Assembly (NCBI GenBank): GCA_047967505.1
Contig: CM106538.1
Strand: one strand, 5' to 3'
DNA: 64,000 bases
From: Dipteris shenzhenensis
Taxonomy: Eukaryota
Under the pieces are notes generated by a model that worked only from the letters and a program-made list of their open reading frames with translations, was not told the DNA's origin and made no database searches. Made by a program: the position numbers and the translations under genes. Of the stretch, positions 11,410-23,679 are shown piece after piece (position 1 is the first letter of the stretch; the number at the start of each line of letters is the position of its first letter).

Positions 11410-14118
11410 ATGACAGCTATCCTTATCTACTCTAGTTCGTGGCTCAATTAGTATGCCACCTTAGTTAGCTGAGTTTGGTTTGAGACCCACATATAGGGTT
11501 CTTCTATTTCTTTGTACTAGAGTTCTTTTGGCTTTCACAACTAAGTAGAGGAAAACTGTTTTCAGCCTCCACCTTTGTGTGTATTCCCCCATTGTGCATG
11601 TGAGAAAGCCGCAAGTGAGACTCCTTCCTTCTCTCCCACTATCTTCACATGGTATCAGAGCCTGCTTCGTGGTAAGGAGCTCAAGAAAGCAAACCAAGTT
11701 CGCGGTGTCCTGGTAAGAGGACCAGTGTTGCTTTCCTTTTTCGAGTTTGGGAGCAAATCTCTACAGGTAGCACAACCGGAAGTGCAAGAGTGAACTGTCT
11801 CAGATTGAGACACCCTTCACGGTGTTGCGAGAGGGCAGTATATGCTATGGGTAAGGGCAAAGCCCTTGGTGACTTTATTTTTCTGATTCGAGGCCATTTC
11901 GGGGCCCATTTTGAAGGCAGAAGTTCTTTGCAGGCACTCAGAAAAAGGCCCTGTTTTTATTGTGTGACCACTGCTCTGCAGGTCGGTGAAAAGTTGCCAC
12001 AGAATTTGCATCATATTCCTATGTGCAGAGATATTGGGAGTTACAGAATCATCCTTATTTCCTGTTCATGCAAAATCGTCACTAGGAAGTGACTGTGTGG
12101 TCAAATACCACTTTTGTCAGTTTTGTAGATTTGCCCGTGTGTGAGGCAGAAGCTGTGTTTTTTGCAGTGACAGAATATTTTGCAGTGTTCTGTAATGGCG
12201 TCTGATTCTCTTTCATAGATTGTCACTGAAAAGCTTGACAAGAACAACTTCCAAGCATGGAAGTTTAGAATGACGAATTTCCTTATGGGAAAAGGCTATT
12301 GGGAGTTCATTACATGAAATGAAGAAGAACCAGTTCTTCCTAATGTTCCCAATCAACAGGAAATGCAGGCATTTAAAGGATGGCATGAGAGAGCCAGAAA
12401 AGTTATGTACTGGCTGTCTATCAGTATTTTAGATTCTATGATTGTGCATATTCAGGATGCAAGTACGCCAAAGGAGGCATGGGATACTTTGGCAAAAATG
12501 TACAGCACAAATACGCAAGCCAGGAAAATGCAGCTCAAGCAGAAGTTGCACAATGTGCAGAGAGAAAATATGAGCATCAATGACTACCACATGCAAGTGA
12601 AGAAAATTATAGATGCACTTGCTTCCATTGGGTCGCCAGTAGAAGATGATGATTTGGTTTCTGTGACCTTGAATGGTCTAGGAAAGGATTATGCACAGTT
12701 TCGGACATCCATTGCCGTCCGTGAAAAATTTCGTGATTTTGAGGAGTTGTTTGCTCTTCTAATTTCTGAAGAGCAGAGAAATGGTGGTGCATCTTCTTCA
12801 GGAGGAACTTCAAAAGAAACTGTCTTCTACTCAAATGCTAGAAGAGGTAGAGGCAGAGGTAGAGGAGGTCGATCTGGAGGCCATGGTACAAATCAGAATA
12901 TGCAGCAAACTCAAGAAAACCAGCCCTATGGAGGAGGATGAGGTAACTCTATGGGGAGCCAAAGAGGCCGTGGTGGATGGCAGAGAGGTCAAAATGCAAA
13001 CAGCAATGTTGAATGCTACTATTGTGGTAAAATGGGTCATATGGCTAAAGACTGCTACAAAAAGCAGAATGACATTATGAATTGTAGCAAGGCAATTATG
13101 CATCTTCTAGTAGACAGGTCATTTAGAAGTGCAGAAGAAAGAAATGATGTGTGGTATGTTGACTCAAGTGCGCCAAACCACATGACGTCATTTAGAATGG
13201 ATGCAGGATGCAAGGAAAATGGAAAAACCAAGATTTGTGGAGACTGGTGATGATACTGCACATCCTATTGTGCAGATTGGTAAAATTCCTTTGTCTATGC
13301 AGGATGGGAAAAAGAAATACCTGTCGGATGTATTTCATGTACCGAATATCACCAAGAACCTGGTTTCTGTTGGTCAAATGGTTGAGCAGTGCTTGCAGGT
13401 CAGATTTAATCCTCATGGATGCTTTGTTAAGGATATGAAAAATAACGGTCGCTTGATAGCAAAAGGAAAGAAGAAGGGTAGGATGTTTACGTTGGATGCG
13501 GACATGCCTGAATTGAGTGCAGCAATGTTTGCACATGGGACCAGTGTAGTTGCAGATATTGATATCTGGCATAAACGCATTGGTCATGTTAATGTATAGC
13601 GACTTAAATCAATGTAGGCCCAAAATATTGTTGCAGGATTGCCTAAATTCAAGGTTGCAGAAATGCATAAGGTATGTGAAGCCTGTCAATTTGGAAAACA
13701 GGCAAGGAAACCATTTCCTAAGCATGTTTAAGAGAGTAAGAAGCCATTGGAATTAATCCACTCTGATGTGTGGACTACTAAAGCTGCATCTATTGGAGGC
13801 TGTTATTATTTTGTCACTTTTATTAATGACTATAGCAAAAAAGATTGGATGTATTTTATGAAAAAGAAAAGTGAAGTGTTTGGGAATTTCAAAGCTTTTA
13901 AAGCTATGGTTGAAAAAGAAACAGGCCTGCAAATAAAATGCCTAAGGTCAGATGGAGGGGAAGAGTACCTCTCAAATGAGTTTGCAAGTATGGTTGAAAA
14001 AGAAACAGGCCTGCAAATAAAATGCCTAAGGTCAGATGGAGGGGAAGAGTACCTCTCAAATGAGTTTGCAAGGTTCCTGCAAGGGCATGGCATAAAGCAG
14101 CAATATTCATGCAGTCAT
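11408..14118 (+). mobile_element. Copia A copy 2, truncated at both ends (partial 5' LTR, PBS, gag-PR-partial IN)
   Basis: LTR part 11408-11649, PBS TGGTATCAGAGC 11650-11661, gag ATG 12195. An 84-bp in-frame tandem duplication lies at 13905-14072. Homology to the other copies stops at ...tgcagtcat 14118. Confidence 0.93.
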
Positions 14119-17100
14119 GTTTGTTTGTTTCTTGCCAATGGTCTGACTCTTATTTTTTTATTATAAAATTGCATCAACTTTTACTGTTTAGGTGGATTAG
14201 TAGAGAGATATTTTTGGAGAAGGTGGAGAGACAGTCATTGAAAGTGCTTGAAGATTTGAGGGTGATCACAACAATGGGTATGCCTTTGGACACCCCTAAG
14301 GATTACACATTGTAGCAATACATGGAGGATATAAATCTGGAGGGGAGAAAACATATGTTTGTGGTGCTAAGATCAAAGGAAACAAAGATGGAGAGCAAGG
14401 GTGGAAAAAAAGGAGATGGACTATCTGAGTTGGACATGGCTGCCCATAGGGTGGTTTATAGGTATGTTGTCAATTCATTCGAAGGTTCATTTTTCATTTG
14501 TCTATGTTTGTGCTGTTGATTCATGTAATTACACAATCATTGATGGTTGTTCCACTTGATTTCTTGACCTTTTGATGGTTTGGGACATCCAATTTTTTTG
14601 TGTTTCTTGGTTGATAGATATCTCTCCCACTTGGCAATAGAGAAAAGGATCTCTGACATTCCAAATTTGTGCAAGAGTTGGGTGGAGATTGGTCATGCTG
14701 CATGCATGTATCCACCTGGCATGCACCGTCTCTCTCAATGGGAATCAGCACATTGTCCCTGGTGGATAGATTTTCCTAAAGGACAAGTACTGGTGCGAGA
14801 AAGAGACTTGTACAATACTTATGCTTCACAAAAAGCCAATGAAGCAAGTAAGGACAAAGTGAAGGGAAGCTCAAGGAGAGATAAGAAAGAGAAAGAGAAA
14901 GAAGAACATCCTACAGAAAAAGGTAAGGAAGATACAATATGATTGTTTGTTGATGTTGTCTTCAATTTGTTTTGACATTGCATTAATAAGTTTATGATTG
15001 TTCTCTTTCTAGATGAGGGACCATCTAGTCCTATGCGGCATGAAATGGATCACATAGAGAGTGTAGGTAAGGGTGTTGTTGTGTTCTGCATATGTAGTTG
15101 TTCCTTTAACACTAGTTTTACTTGTAATTGATTTGCTTTTACATATAGGTGGAGAATCAATCTCGGGACTTGTGAAGCAATATGTGTTCCATTGATCACA
15201 GTCACCTGACATTTCCTTGGCCCGTGGCATCACACCTTTGTTTGCTTGTACAGTTGGAGATTACATTGCAATAGGCAAAGACTTTGTTGACTCTAAAAGA
15301 AATGATAAGTATGCTATTTTGCGTGAGTTTTTTATTACAGTGGCTAGTCGAGATCAGGACTACAAGAGGATGGGTAAGAAGGTGAAGTGGGCTTCAGATT
15401 TTATATTGCTCGATTTTCCATCTAGCTATCCACTTGATGAGAGAGGATCCACTCCTATTTGGAATGTTTTGCTCGAGGACCATGTGCGGCATGGGCTTGC
15501 AGTTGCATCAGATTCTTTGTCTGATAGTGGTTGGTTGGCATGCATATGTCCTTTGGCAGGTAAGGCACAATACCACAATTGACATTTCACATTTTGTGTT
15601 TCCATTCTACTAGTTTTAAATAAAATTAATTGCTTGCAGGACAATGTATTGGTTGGATGGAACGGTTTGCATATGTCCAGGGCTTGGAGGTTGTCAGACG
15701 TGTGATCATTCATGACAAGTTTCCATATGGATTTTGTAGAGCACATGATAAAAGTGTTAAGGTAAGCTACCATTCCATGCATTCTATGTTTGCATTCCAT
15801 GATAAAAGTGTCTTTGACAAATGTCTCCTCGTTAGTCCTATGCATGCTATGTTTGCCATCTTTCATGCTATAATGCTTGCTAGTTGAAGTCAATATACTA
15901 TACATGTTTTTCTCCATGTGGTTTCCAGATGCAATCTTCAGTATTAGCTCTAATACGTAGAGCAAAGAAGAATCGAACAGTTTTTTGGGAGGAGAGCTTT
16001 CCACTTTTCCAACAGCTTTTGATTGATCCACGTGAAGATGTCTGGACTCATTACATACCTCCCTCTGCAAGGACAATCGTGCCGATGTCTTCTCAACTAG
16101 CACGAGGTGGACTAGAGAGGAGTAGTTTTTTTGTAGGTTGCATTATGTCTCTTCTCTATGTTCCTGGAGGGCTGGTTCTAGAGATGGGTTGTGGTACAAC
16201 CCCTCTTACGCATGCTTGTCAGGCCATTGGCAGGCCTTGTTTTTTATTTGATTCAGACAACGGTATTGTGGCTAGCATTGTTGAGCCACTTGTGGCAGAT
16301 CATTTTGGAAAACGGATCAGGTTAGAGCATGATGGAGAGGGGGAAGAAGAGAGAGTGGAACCTGTCATAAACCCCTTTGATGAGTAGTATGCTACTGGCC
16401 CTGAGTTTTTTTGTTATATATTTTGAATGCTAAAATTGAGGACTTTGAAAGTGTTATTTAGCATCTTTATAATATGGTAGATAGTGAACATTTACGGGTG
16501 CCTTTGAATTAAGAAAGTACAAATTTTGATGCTTTGGATAGTGTTTGTAAGGCCTTGATCTAGCAATTGATTTTTTTTGCTTTTTGTTGGTAGCGAATTG
16601 TCTTTTGTATAACACATAAGGATGGCAAGTTCTTCTTATTGGAAATTATTTTCATTGTTCCACTTTGACTTACTTTCCTTTGAAATGTGTGTTTTGTTGT
16701 AGTTTGTTGCCATGCTATGCAGAAAAAATGGCAAGATTCATGACAGCCGACAAGAGATATGATGAGTGGCAATTAGATAAACCACATGCGCGCAACTACT
16801 TTCTTGATGATGAATGTCAGGGGGATTAGAACATGGTTTAAAACACCATTTTGTTCATAGACTGATAATTGTTGTGGTGAACCATGGACACATTTGGAAA
16901 GTTTTGGTCTAGTGCATTTTGCGGGTGAAGTGGTATTTCAATAGTCATCTATGTTATGAGTTTGGTAATTAGTTTATGTTCTTCAAGTGAAAGATAGGGT
17001 GGATTGTAAGTCTGATTATTGGTATGCTTATTATGACAACATCTTGCTATAGTAAGTTCGGTTTCAAATTTGTTCTCATCGGAGGAATTGTAAAAAAACT

Positions 17101-17152
17101 CGCTCGCTTCATTGGGCCCGCTCGCTTTTTCTCGCTCGCTCTATTGACTACC
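14119..17152 (+). mobile_element. Right-hand part of an unclassified putative DNA transposon carrying a methyltransferase-like gene
   Basis: Non-retroelement, intron-containing DNA ends sharply at ...CTCGCTCGCTCTATTGACTACC (17152). Gypsy RT resumes exactly there (compare ggga|tcactatcc at ~52688). Three subterminal CTCGCTCGCT-like repeats are present. The left end is lost. Confidence 0.6.
14192..16387 (+). pseudogene. Six-exon gene (5' part missing) encoding a beta-class N4C/N6A DNA methyltransferase-like protein; 2 premature stops
   Basis: Exons 14192-14461, 14618-14922, 15013-15066, 15149-15559, 15640-15761 and 15929-16387. All five introns are GT-AG with matching phases (2,1,1,1,0). Motif IV-like DFILLDFPS (15397-15423) precedes motif X/I-like ERSSFFVGCIMSLLYVPGGLVLEMGCGT...ACQAIGRPCFLFDSD. 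Stops at 14313 (TAG) and 15193 (TGA). Confidence 0.75.
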
Positions 17153-19570
17153 TCACTATCCCCTACCCTTAACAGAAATAGTGTTGGAAAAGGTGGCAGG
17201 CTCTGGAATATATAGCTTCTTGGATGGCTTCAGTGGCTATAACCAAGTGCAAATTGCTCCTAAAGAGCAATCAAAAATAGCATTTGCTACAAAATGGGGT
17301 ATTTTTGCATATAGAGTCATGCCATTCGGCCTTTGTAATGCCCCGGCCACATTTCAGCTAGTCATGTTCACAGCTTTCAAGTCATTTTTGAATAAGTTTT
17401 TACAGGTGTTCTTGGATGATTTGTGCATCCATTCAATAAACAAGACCACATCAAATGTCTTGAAGTAGTACTAATCAAATGCTAGGAGTATGGCATCTCC
17501 CTAATTCCAACAAAATGCCAGTTCATGGTCACCCATGGAGTTGTTTTAGGACACATCATCTCTCAACATGGAATTGCAACTGACATGGATAAAATCCAAA
17601 TCATCATGGAATTGCCTCCTCCTACAAATTCCAAAGGTGTACAACTCTTTATGGGACATGCCGGCTATCATAGAAGATTTATATTACAGTATGCCATGAT
17701 AGCTAGACCACTTTACAAATTATTAGTGGAATTATTATGGACCGAAGAGTGCGACCAAGCCTTTGAGCTTTTAAAGTGGTGCCTAATCACAACACCCATC
17801 CTTATATCTCCTAATTGGGATATTGATTTTCATGTTCATACTGACAGATCCAAGTATGCAATTGGGAGTGTGCTTTGTCAACCTGGTGAACATAAGAAAG
17901 ACTACCCATTCTACTTCACCAGTTGACAACTCAATGATGCTGAGATCAACTATACCATCATAGAAAGAGAAGCCCTAGCAATGGTGTATAGTGTCAAGAA
18001 ATTTCGGCACTATCTACTTGCAAATGATTTTGTCTTCTACCCCGACCATCAAGCATTGCTTTATCTTGTGAACCATTCATGTACAATAGGAAGAATAACC
18101 AGATGGTTCCTCTTGCTTCAAGAATTCAACTTCAAAATAGTGGTTTGCAAAGGTGCCCAACACTACATTGCCGATCACATGTCTTGAGTCAAGTCAGGAG
18201 AAGAAGCCACTAGAGTAGAGGAGGACTTACCAGATGCCACACTATTTCAAATAGATGGTGTTCCAGAGTGGTGTGGAGATATCATTGGGTACTTGATGGC
18301 ATAAAGACCACCCCCTGATATAAAAGCAATAGATGCTAGAAAATTGATTCTAAAGGCTGCATCCTATCAACTCATTGCAGGACAACTGTACAAGATGGGC
18401 AAGGACTAGATATTAAGATGATGTGTAATGCCTCATGAGATCATGCCAATCCTAAGTGAAGTCCATGAAGACATTGCATGAGGACACTTCCAAGGGGAAG
18501 CCACAACAAGAAAAGTTCTCCTTGCAAGCTATTGGTGGCCAACACTGTGGGTAGATGCCTATGAATATGTAAAAGGCTGTGATGTATGCCAACGGACTAC
18601 TAAACCACAACACAAAGACTTCAATCCCCTAACAATAATTGTTGCACAAAAACCATTTGAAAAATGGGGGATTGACTATGTGGATCCCATACATCCAGCA
18701 GCAAAAGGAGCACAGGCACGCTACATCATTGTGGCCACTGATTACTTTACAAAATGGACTGAAGCTAAAGCAATCAGAAAGGTAGATGCTAGAAGCATAG
18801 CAAGATTCTTACACGAAAATGTGATCACCTGATTCGGATGCCCCATTGAAATTGTGTCGGATAGAGGCACACATTTTGTCAATGAGGTAATCCAAGAACC
18901 CTTGTCTGACTTCATGGTAATCCATAGAAAAAGCACACCCTACTACCCCCAAGGGAATGGACAGGCCGAATCCACCAACAAAATAATATGCATTATCCTC
19001 ACCAAGGTAGTAGAACCACAACGTTCTGATTGGGCAGAGAAACTGAATGTAGCCTTATGGGCATATAGAACCACATTCAAAGTTAGTACAGGGAACACAC
19101 CTTTTCAATTGGTGTACGGCCTTGAAGTTGTGGTCCCACTCGAATTTGTAATACCAAGTCTATGCATAGCAGTACAAGAACACATGGGAGACCATGAATC
19201 CTTGCAAGAAAGGCTCTATCAGTTGGAGAAGCATACATAGACAAGACTAGTCGCCTACCATGCCATGACAATAGAAAAACGCAGAAGAAAGGCATGGTTT
19301 GACAGAAATCTGAAAGATAAAGACATCAAGGAAGGCGACTTAGTCCTATTATACAATGCCAAAGTACACAAGGGGAAACTGAAGTATTTAGGTCAAGGAC
19401 CCTACCGAGTATGAAAGATGAATCCCATCGGAGATGTGCTGCTAAAAACATTGGATGGAGTCCAATTCAACACAACAATAAACAGGAGCTGACTGAAGCG
19501 CTACTACGTCAACACGCAAGACATCCCTGACAAAAACGAAGATTTGGGAAACCAAGTCTTCCTTAGTTAG
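17153..19570 (+). pseudogene. Gypsy B pol (RT-RNase H-integrase), disrupted
   Basis: SFLDGFSGYNQV, YRVMPFGLCNAPATFQ, FLDD, FHVHTD, EKWGIDY, SDRGTHF and PQGNGQAESTNK motifs, with many stops. Confidence 0.95.
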
Positions 19571-19906
19571 GATTAGATTGTATCATCAGCACTCATTTGC
19601 ATATGTACGTCTTCGCACATATAGGTACCATCAATCGATTTCAACCTAGGACTCAGAAATGATGCCTGAGTTCTAGCTGCCCTTTGAAAATCCCAGCAAA
19701 AAAAAAGCATATAGTTAGTCCAGACCTAGCTACTAGGTGACATGCACTCACACGCTTTAGACACATAGATGATTGCATGAATAATTGTACCACACACTTT
19801 TATTACACTCTCAAAGCATGTATAAAAATAAGATCTCTCACACACACACAAAAAAGTCATACCGACATGCCAACCAATCTAATGATCAATGGTACACCAC
19901 ATTCAC

Positions 19907-22900
19907 ATGGATGCAAGTTCAGAAAAGATGCCGCCACTAAAGAGGATGTGCAGAAAGAGCCCACCGCCTCAACCACAAGACCCCCTCTAGAGTTCATAGC
20001 CATCTACATCCTCTCAACCACGGCAATCACATCCATTCATGGTCCAAAGTGATAGCTCGAAGAGGATTCAGTGCATGACCAAGAAGAAAAAATGCCACTC
20101 CAGTCACCACCAGCCTACATAGCCACTGACGGGACCCAGTCATTGGAACTTGTTTGGCCACCCACATCGACTTATGCTCTTTCCTAGGAAGCGACATCTT
20201 ACTTAGAGTAAAGGGGTCTAGGAAGTTTGCATGAGAGCCTAAAATCCTTGGAGGACCATCCACAATGACCACATACATCAAGGACTTTCTCCATTCTTAT
20301 CACTCCAGCAATGCAAAGGTTGGCAAGTACGGTATAATCACTATACATCAAAGACCACTAAACATTATCCTTGACAGTACAGTCATTCAAAGGGCTTTCT
20401 CACTGCCAACACAAGGTGCCTAATACCCTAAATGGCCTACCGATGCAAATTTTCTCAAGGTACAATCTCTCCTCACCAAGGGCACATTGATTTATAGAGA
20501 TGGCATATTGCTTCGCACAATCCTTGACCATCGCCTCAAGGAAGCAGTACAATTCCTATCCACAATCCTAGGGGTTAAGTGCGATAAGAATTGATCCCTC
20601 CCACTCTGCACATTTGTCTTGCTAAGTAGGAAGCTCAAACAAGACTTGGTCCAACACTTTGTCATCTTCTTTATAAAGAAACTAGATAGTTCTTCAGGCC
20701 AAAAATGTAAAATTCCACACTTATTGTCTATAATCATTAAAAAAAAACTACAAGAGAAATGACTCTACCCCAGTCACCAAAACCACTTGAGGAGTTGGGC
20801 ATACCCTTCTCACCAGTATGGGAGCCATCACCAACATCTCCTACTATCACATTGATAAGTGCAGATGCAATAGAAGAATTACCTATTCTAGAGGTCAGGA
20901 TTGAGGAATTGCCCCACAAGATGCTATAGCTCGGTGCACAACTGCAACCAATATATCCCCAACAATAGCAGCAAGAGCCCAAGGCAAGATCAGCACTAGA
21001 ACCTGAGGAAATATCAGCACCAGAGCCTAAGGCTACATCATCACTAGAACCACCCATCGACGCCATGCCAGTCGATAAGCCACAAGGGGGGCTAGTCATA
21101 GATCAACAGTATGACTATTGTACACAAGGGACTGAAATACCATTGGAACGACCTCCCCAGAGTACTATAGAATCATCGGGCTAGCTACATGGGCGCCACT
21201 TGTATCAGCAATATCGCCAGACCTCATCACTGTCTATCATTCTCCAACATCAAGCTAGCCAAATGATCCAAATGTTAGAACTATTCACTAGATTGGCCAA
21301 GGAAGAATATGCAAGAGAATTAAAAAGACAGACTGCAACAGAAATTGAAGACCAATTCCAGGCAATCGCCATAGAGGTCAAGGCACTTTGGGCACAGATA
21401 GTTGAGAAGGAGGTAGAAGAAGTGCACATGAACCAAGCTCTCCAAGCTCAAGAGAAGGTAGTGAGGGATGTGACCTCCCAACCTCCACCAAAGTCAAACA
21501 TAGCTGACAGTAGCAGTACAAGCAATGGCAATACCACAGACCTACTATAACTCCTTGACATCCGCACATACTTAACAGATGGAGGTAGTGGCACAAGCTC
21601 GACTCACTCTAATTCACAAAGAAGAAGAGCTCTAGGATTGCAAAGACAATCTTGAAGAAATGAAACAATCTTTGGCAGTGTGTGCCTTCAACATTGATGA
21701 GCTTACAAGGGAATGTAGAATCTTAAAGGACCAACTTGCTACTGCTCAAGAGGTCAGCAGTTCACAAGCACAAGACTTGGACCAATGGTCCAATACCACT
21801 GAAGACATTCCTCAACAGGCAAAGGTCACCTTGCAAATGAGAAAGCTTAAGGAGGCATATACAACCATCTACCATCAATACAAAGAAAAAATGAATAAAA
21901 TGCACTCCCAAAAGATAGTCATCTCCAAGCTTGAACTCCAATTGCTAGTGCACAACAATGAGACATTGGAAGACAACACCAATGAAGCCCCACTTCAATG
22001 CACAATGGTGGTGCACCAAGAGCTTGTGGCTGCTCTACAAGTGGAAGATCACCTCAACGCATGCATGCTTATCCAATGGAAGCAACTCCAAATCAGGATC
22101 ATATCTGCTCATCCAACAATCAAATGGGAACGTTCCATCGGGATCAAAACCTTGTGCATAATTTGCCAAGACTTGTCCAAAGATGAGAAAAATATCTTCT
22201 GCCTGTCTACACATGCCAGGTTTATAGCACTCAAGATGGATGCTTTCATTGCATATGTATGCCTCATGGGTAGTCCTCCCCTCAGGGTTATTGTAGGTTT
22301 GTTGCCATTGCTACAAAGGCCATTTCTATTATTTGCAAGGCATGACATAACCGACATCCCACCCATGTAGCCGATCATCCCATCGCACCAACAAAAAGAA
22401 GTGTTGGCAGATGACAGGGCCTATCTCACATCCAACTTCCCATATCTAACCACTATTTCTGCCAACACCATAACCTCACTTACCCTTGCTAATACCGCCC
22501 TCTTAACCTTCCTCGAGGTCCATCCTAATATCTATTCCCTCCATCGTCTCTTTGCTCATGCCTCTCACCATTTTCAGCTAACCCAACAGTCACAAACTTA
22601 TGAGCCCCTCACACCTAGCTTCTTCCCCTCCCTTGCTAATCCTACCCTTGAGGATTACCAAGCTGCTCAAACCATTTGCCCAGTTCTTCCCCCCCTCCCC
22701 TCTGCTCCCCCTTCCACAACTAACACTCTACCATATTTCTCCCCCATGTCCCCAGATTCTCTCCTTGCCCTGTCATCACCTCCAACACTACTTGTGCTTC
22801 CATCAGCAAAAAATCACAGAGTATTTGATTTTAAAAATCAGGATCTGGATAATCGAATTCCTATGTCCATGCCAAGTTCCAATGATGGGTATGATTTCGA

Positions 22901-23570
22901 TGAGATACCACTTCCCAGTAACCCCATCAAGGAATTTTGGAGCAAATATCCTGATATGAAAACTCGAGGTGGATGGACCCTGGACAACTTTCCTACCAAC
23001 CTTCGTCAGCATCAAATTAGTAAAGGTTGGATTAGCAAGTTGGATCCACAACTTGATTGGCACTGCCCCAAGCTCTTTGATGTAATCTTCTTGAAGGAGT
23101 CCCTACGGGCACTTCCATGTCTCAGAACCCATCCCAAGTTCTATGCAGTTCCACGGCGTAAAAAATGGGAAGCCACCATACACACTTTGGATGAGAATCG
23201 AACCATTAATTGGCCAATGATCGAACCATTCTCTGGTGTAGAATGGAATATCCAAGGCACAATGGTCCGAGCACTTCAGGAGCATGAGCAAATAATATGT
23301 GGTAACATTGATCGCTTCCTTCACCTAAGTGCTATATTCTGTAAAACATTGGAATTCATTCTGGAGGTCCCATGTTACCTCGATTCCCATTTGACTCCAC
23401 TCAATTTCAATCCCAATGAGAGTGTCGATGCTCAGATTACAAGCTAACTCTATCAAAGAGTGATCTTCTTAGAAGCACGCCACATATCTTTGTTCGAGCA
23501 AATGGTGGATACAGGCTACCTGGAAACTGAGCAAAAATTGTATGGTGCCAAGGCTTTATAGTAGGATTGA
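19907..23570 (+). pseudogene. Extra ~1,200-codon sense ORF of gypsy B between integrase and 3' LTR, function unknown, disrupted
   Basis: ORF pieces 21200-21550, 21660-22370 and 22401-23447 are colinear with 55368-59203. A coiled-coil-like middle is followed by a W/C/H-rich C-terminal block ending ...LYGAKAL. Confidence 0.75.
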
Positions 23571-23679
23571 CTGGCATGACACAAGTTCCACAACCACTAG
23601 ATTAAAGGAATGGCAACCCAAGTACAGGCTCGCAATAAGCCATAATCCGAGGACGGGTAATAAAATGGATCCGGGAGTA

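Noticed and set aside
9307-11451. Long Pro/Ser/Leu-rich ORFs resembling extensins or formins (also 47096-47807, 7962-8285, 24253-24525)
   Set aside because: They are open in all frames because C/T tracts lack stop codons, and they lie in the gypsy leader or LTR.
14119-17152. Canonical Helitron assignment from the possible A|T junction
   Set aside because: The end lacks CTRR with a subterminal hairpin on plus and lacks a 5' TC on minus.
19907-23570. Calling the extra ORF a true envelope gene
   Set aside because: The position fits, but no signal peptide, convincing transmembrane helix or fusion-protein motif is visible.
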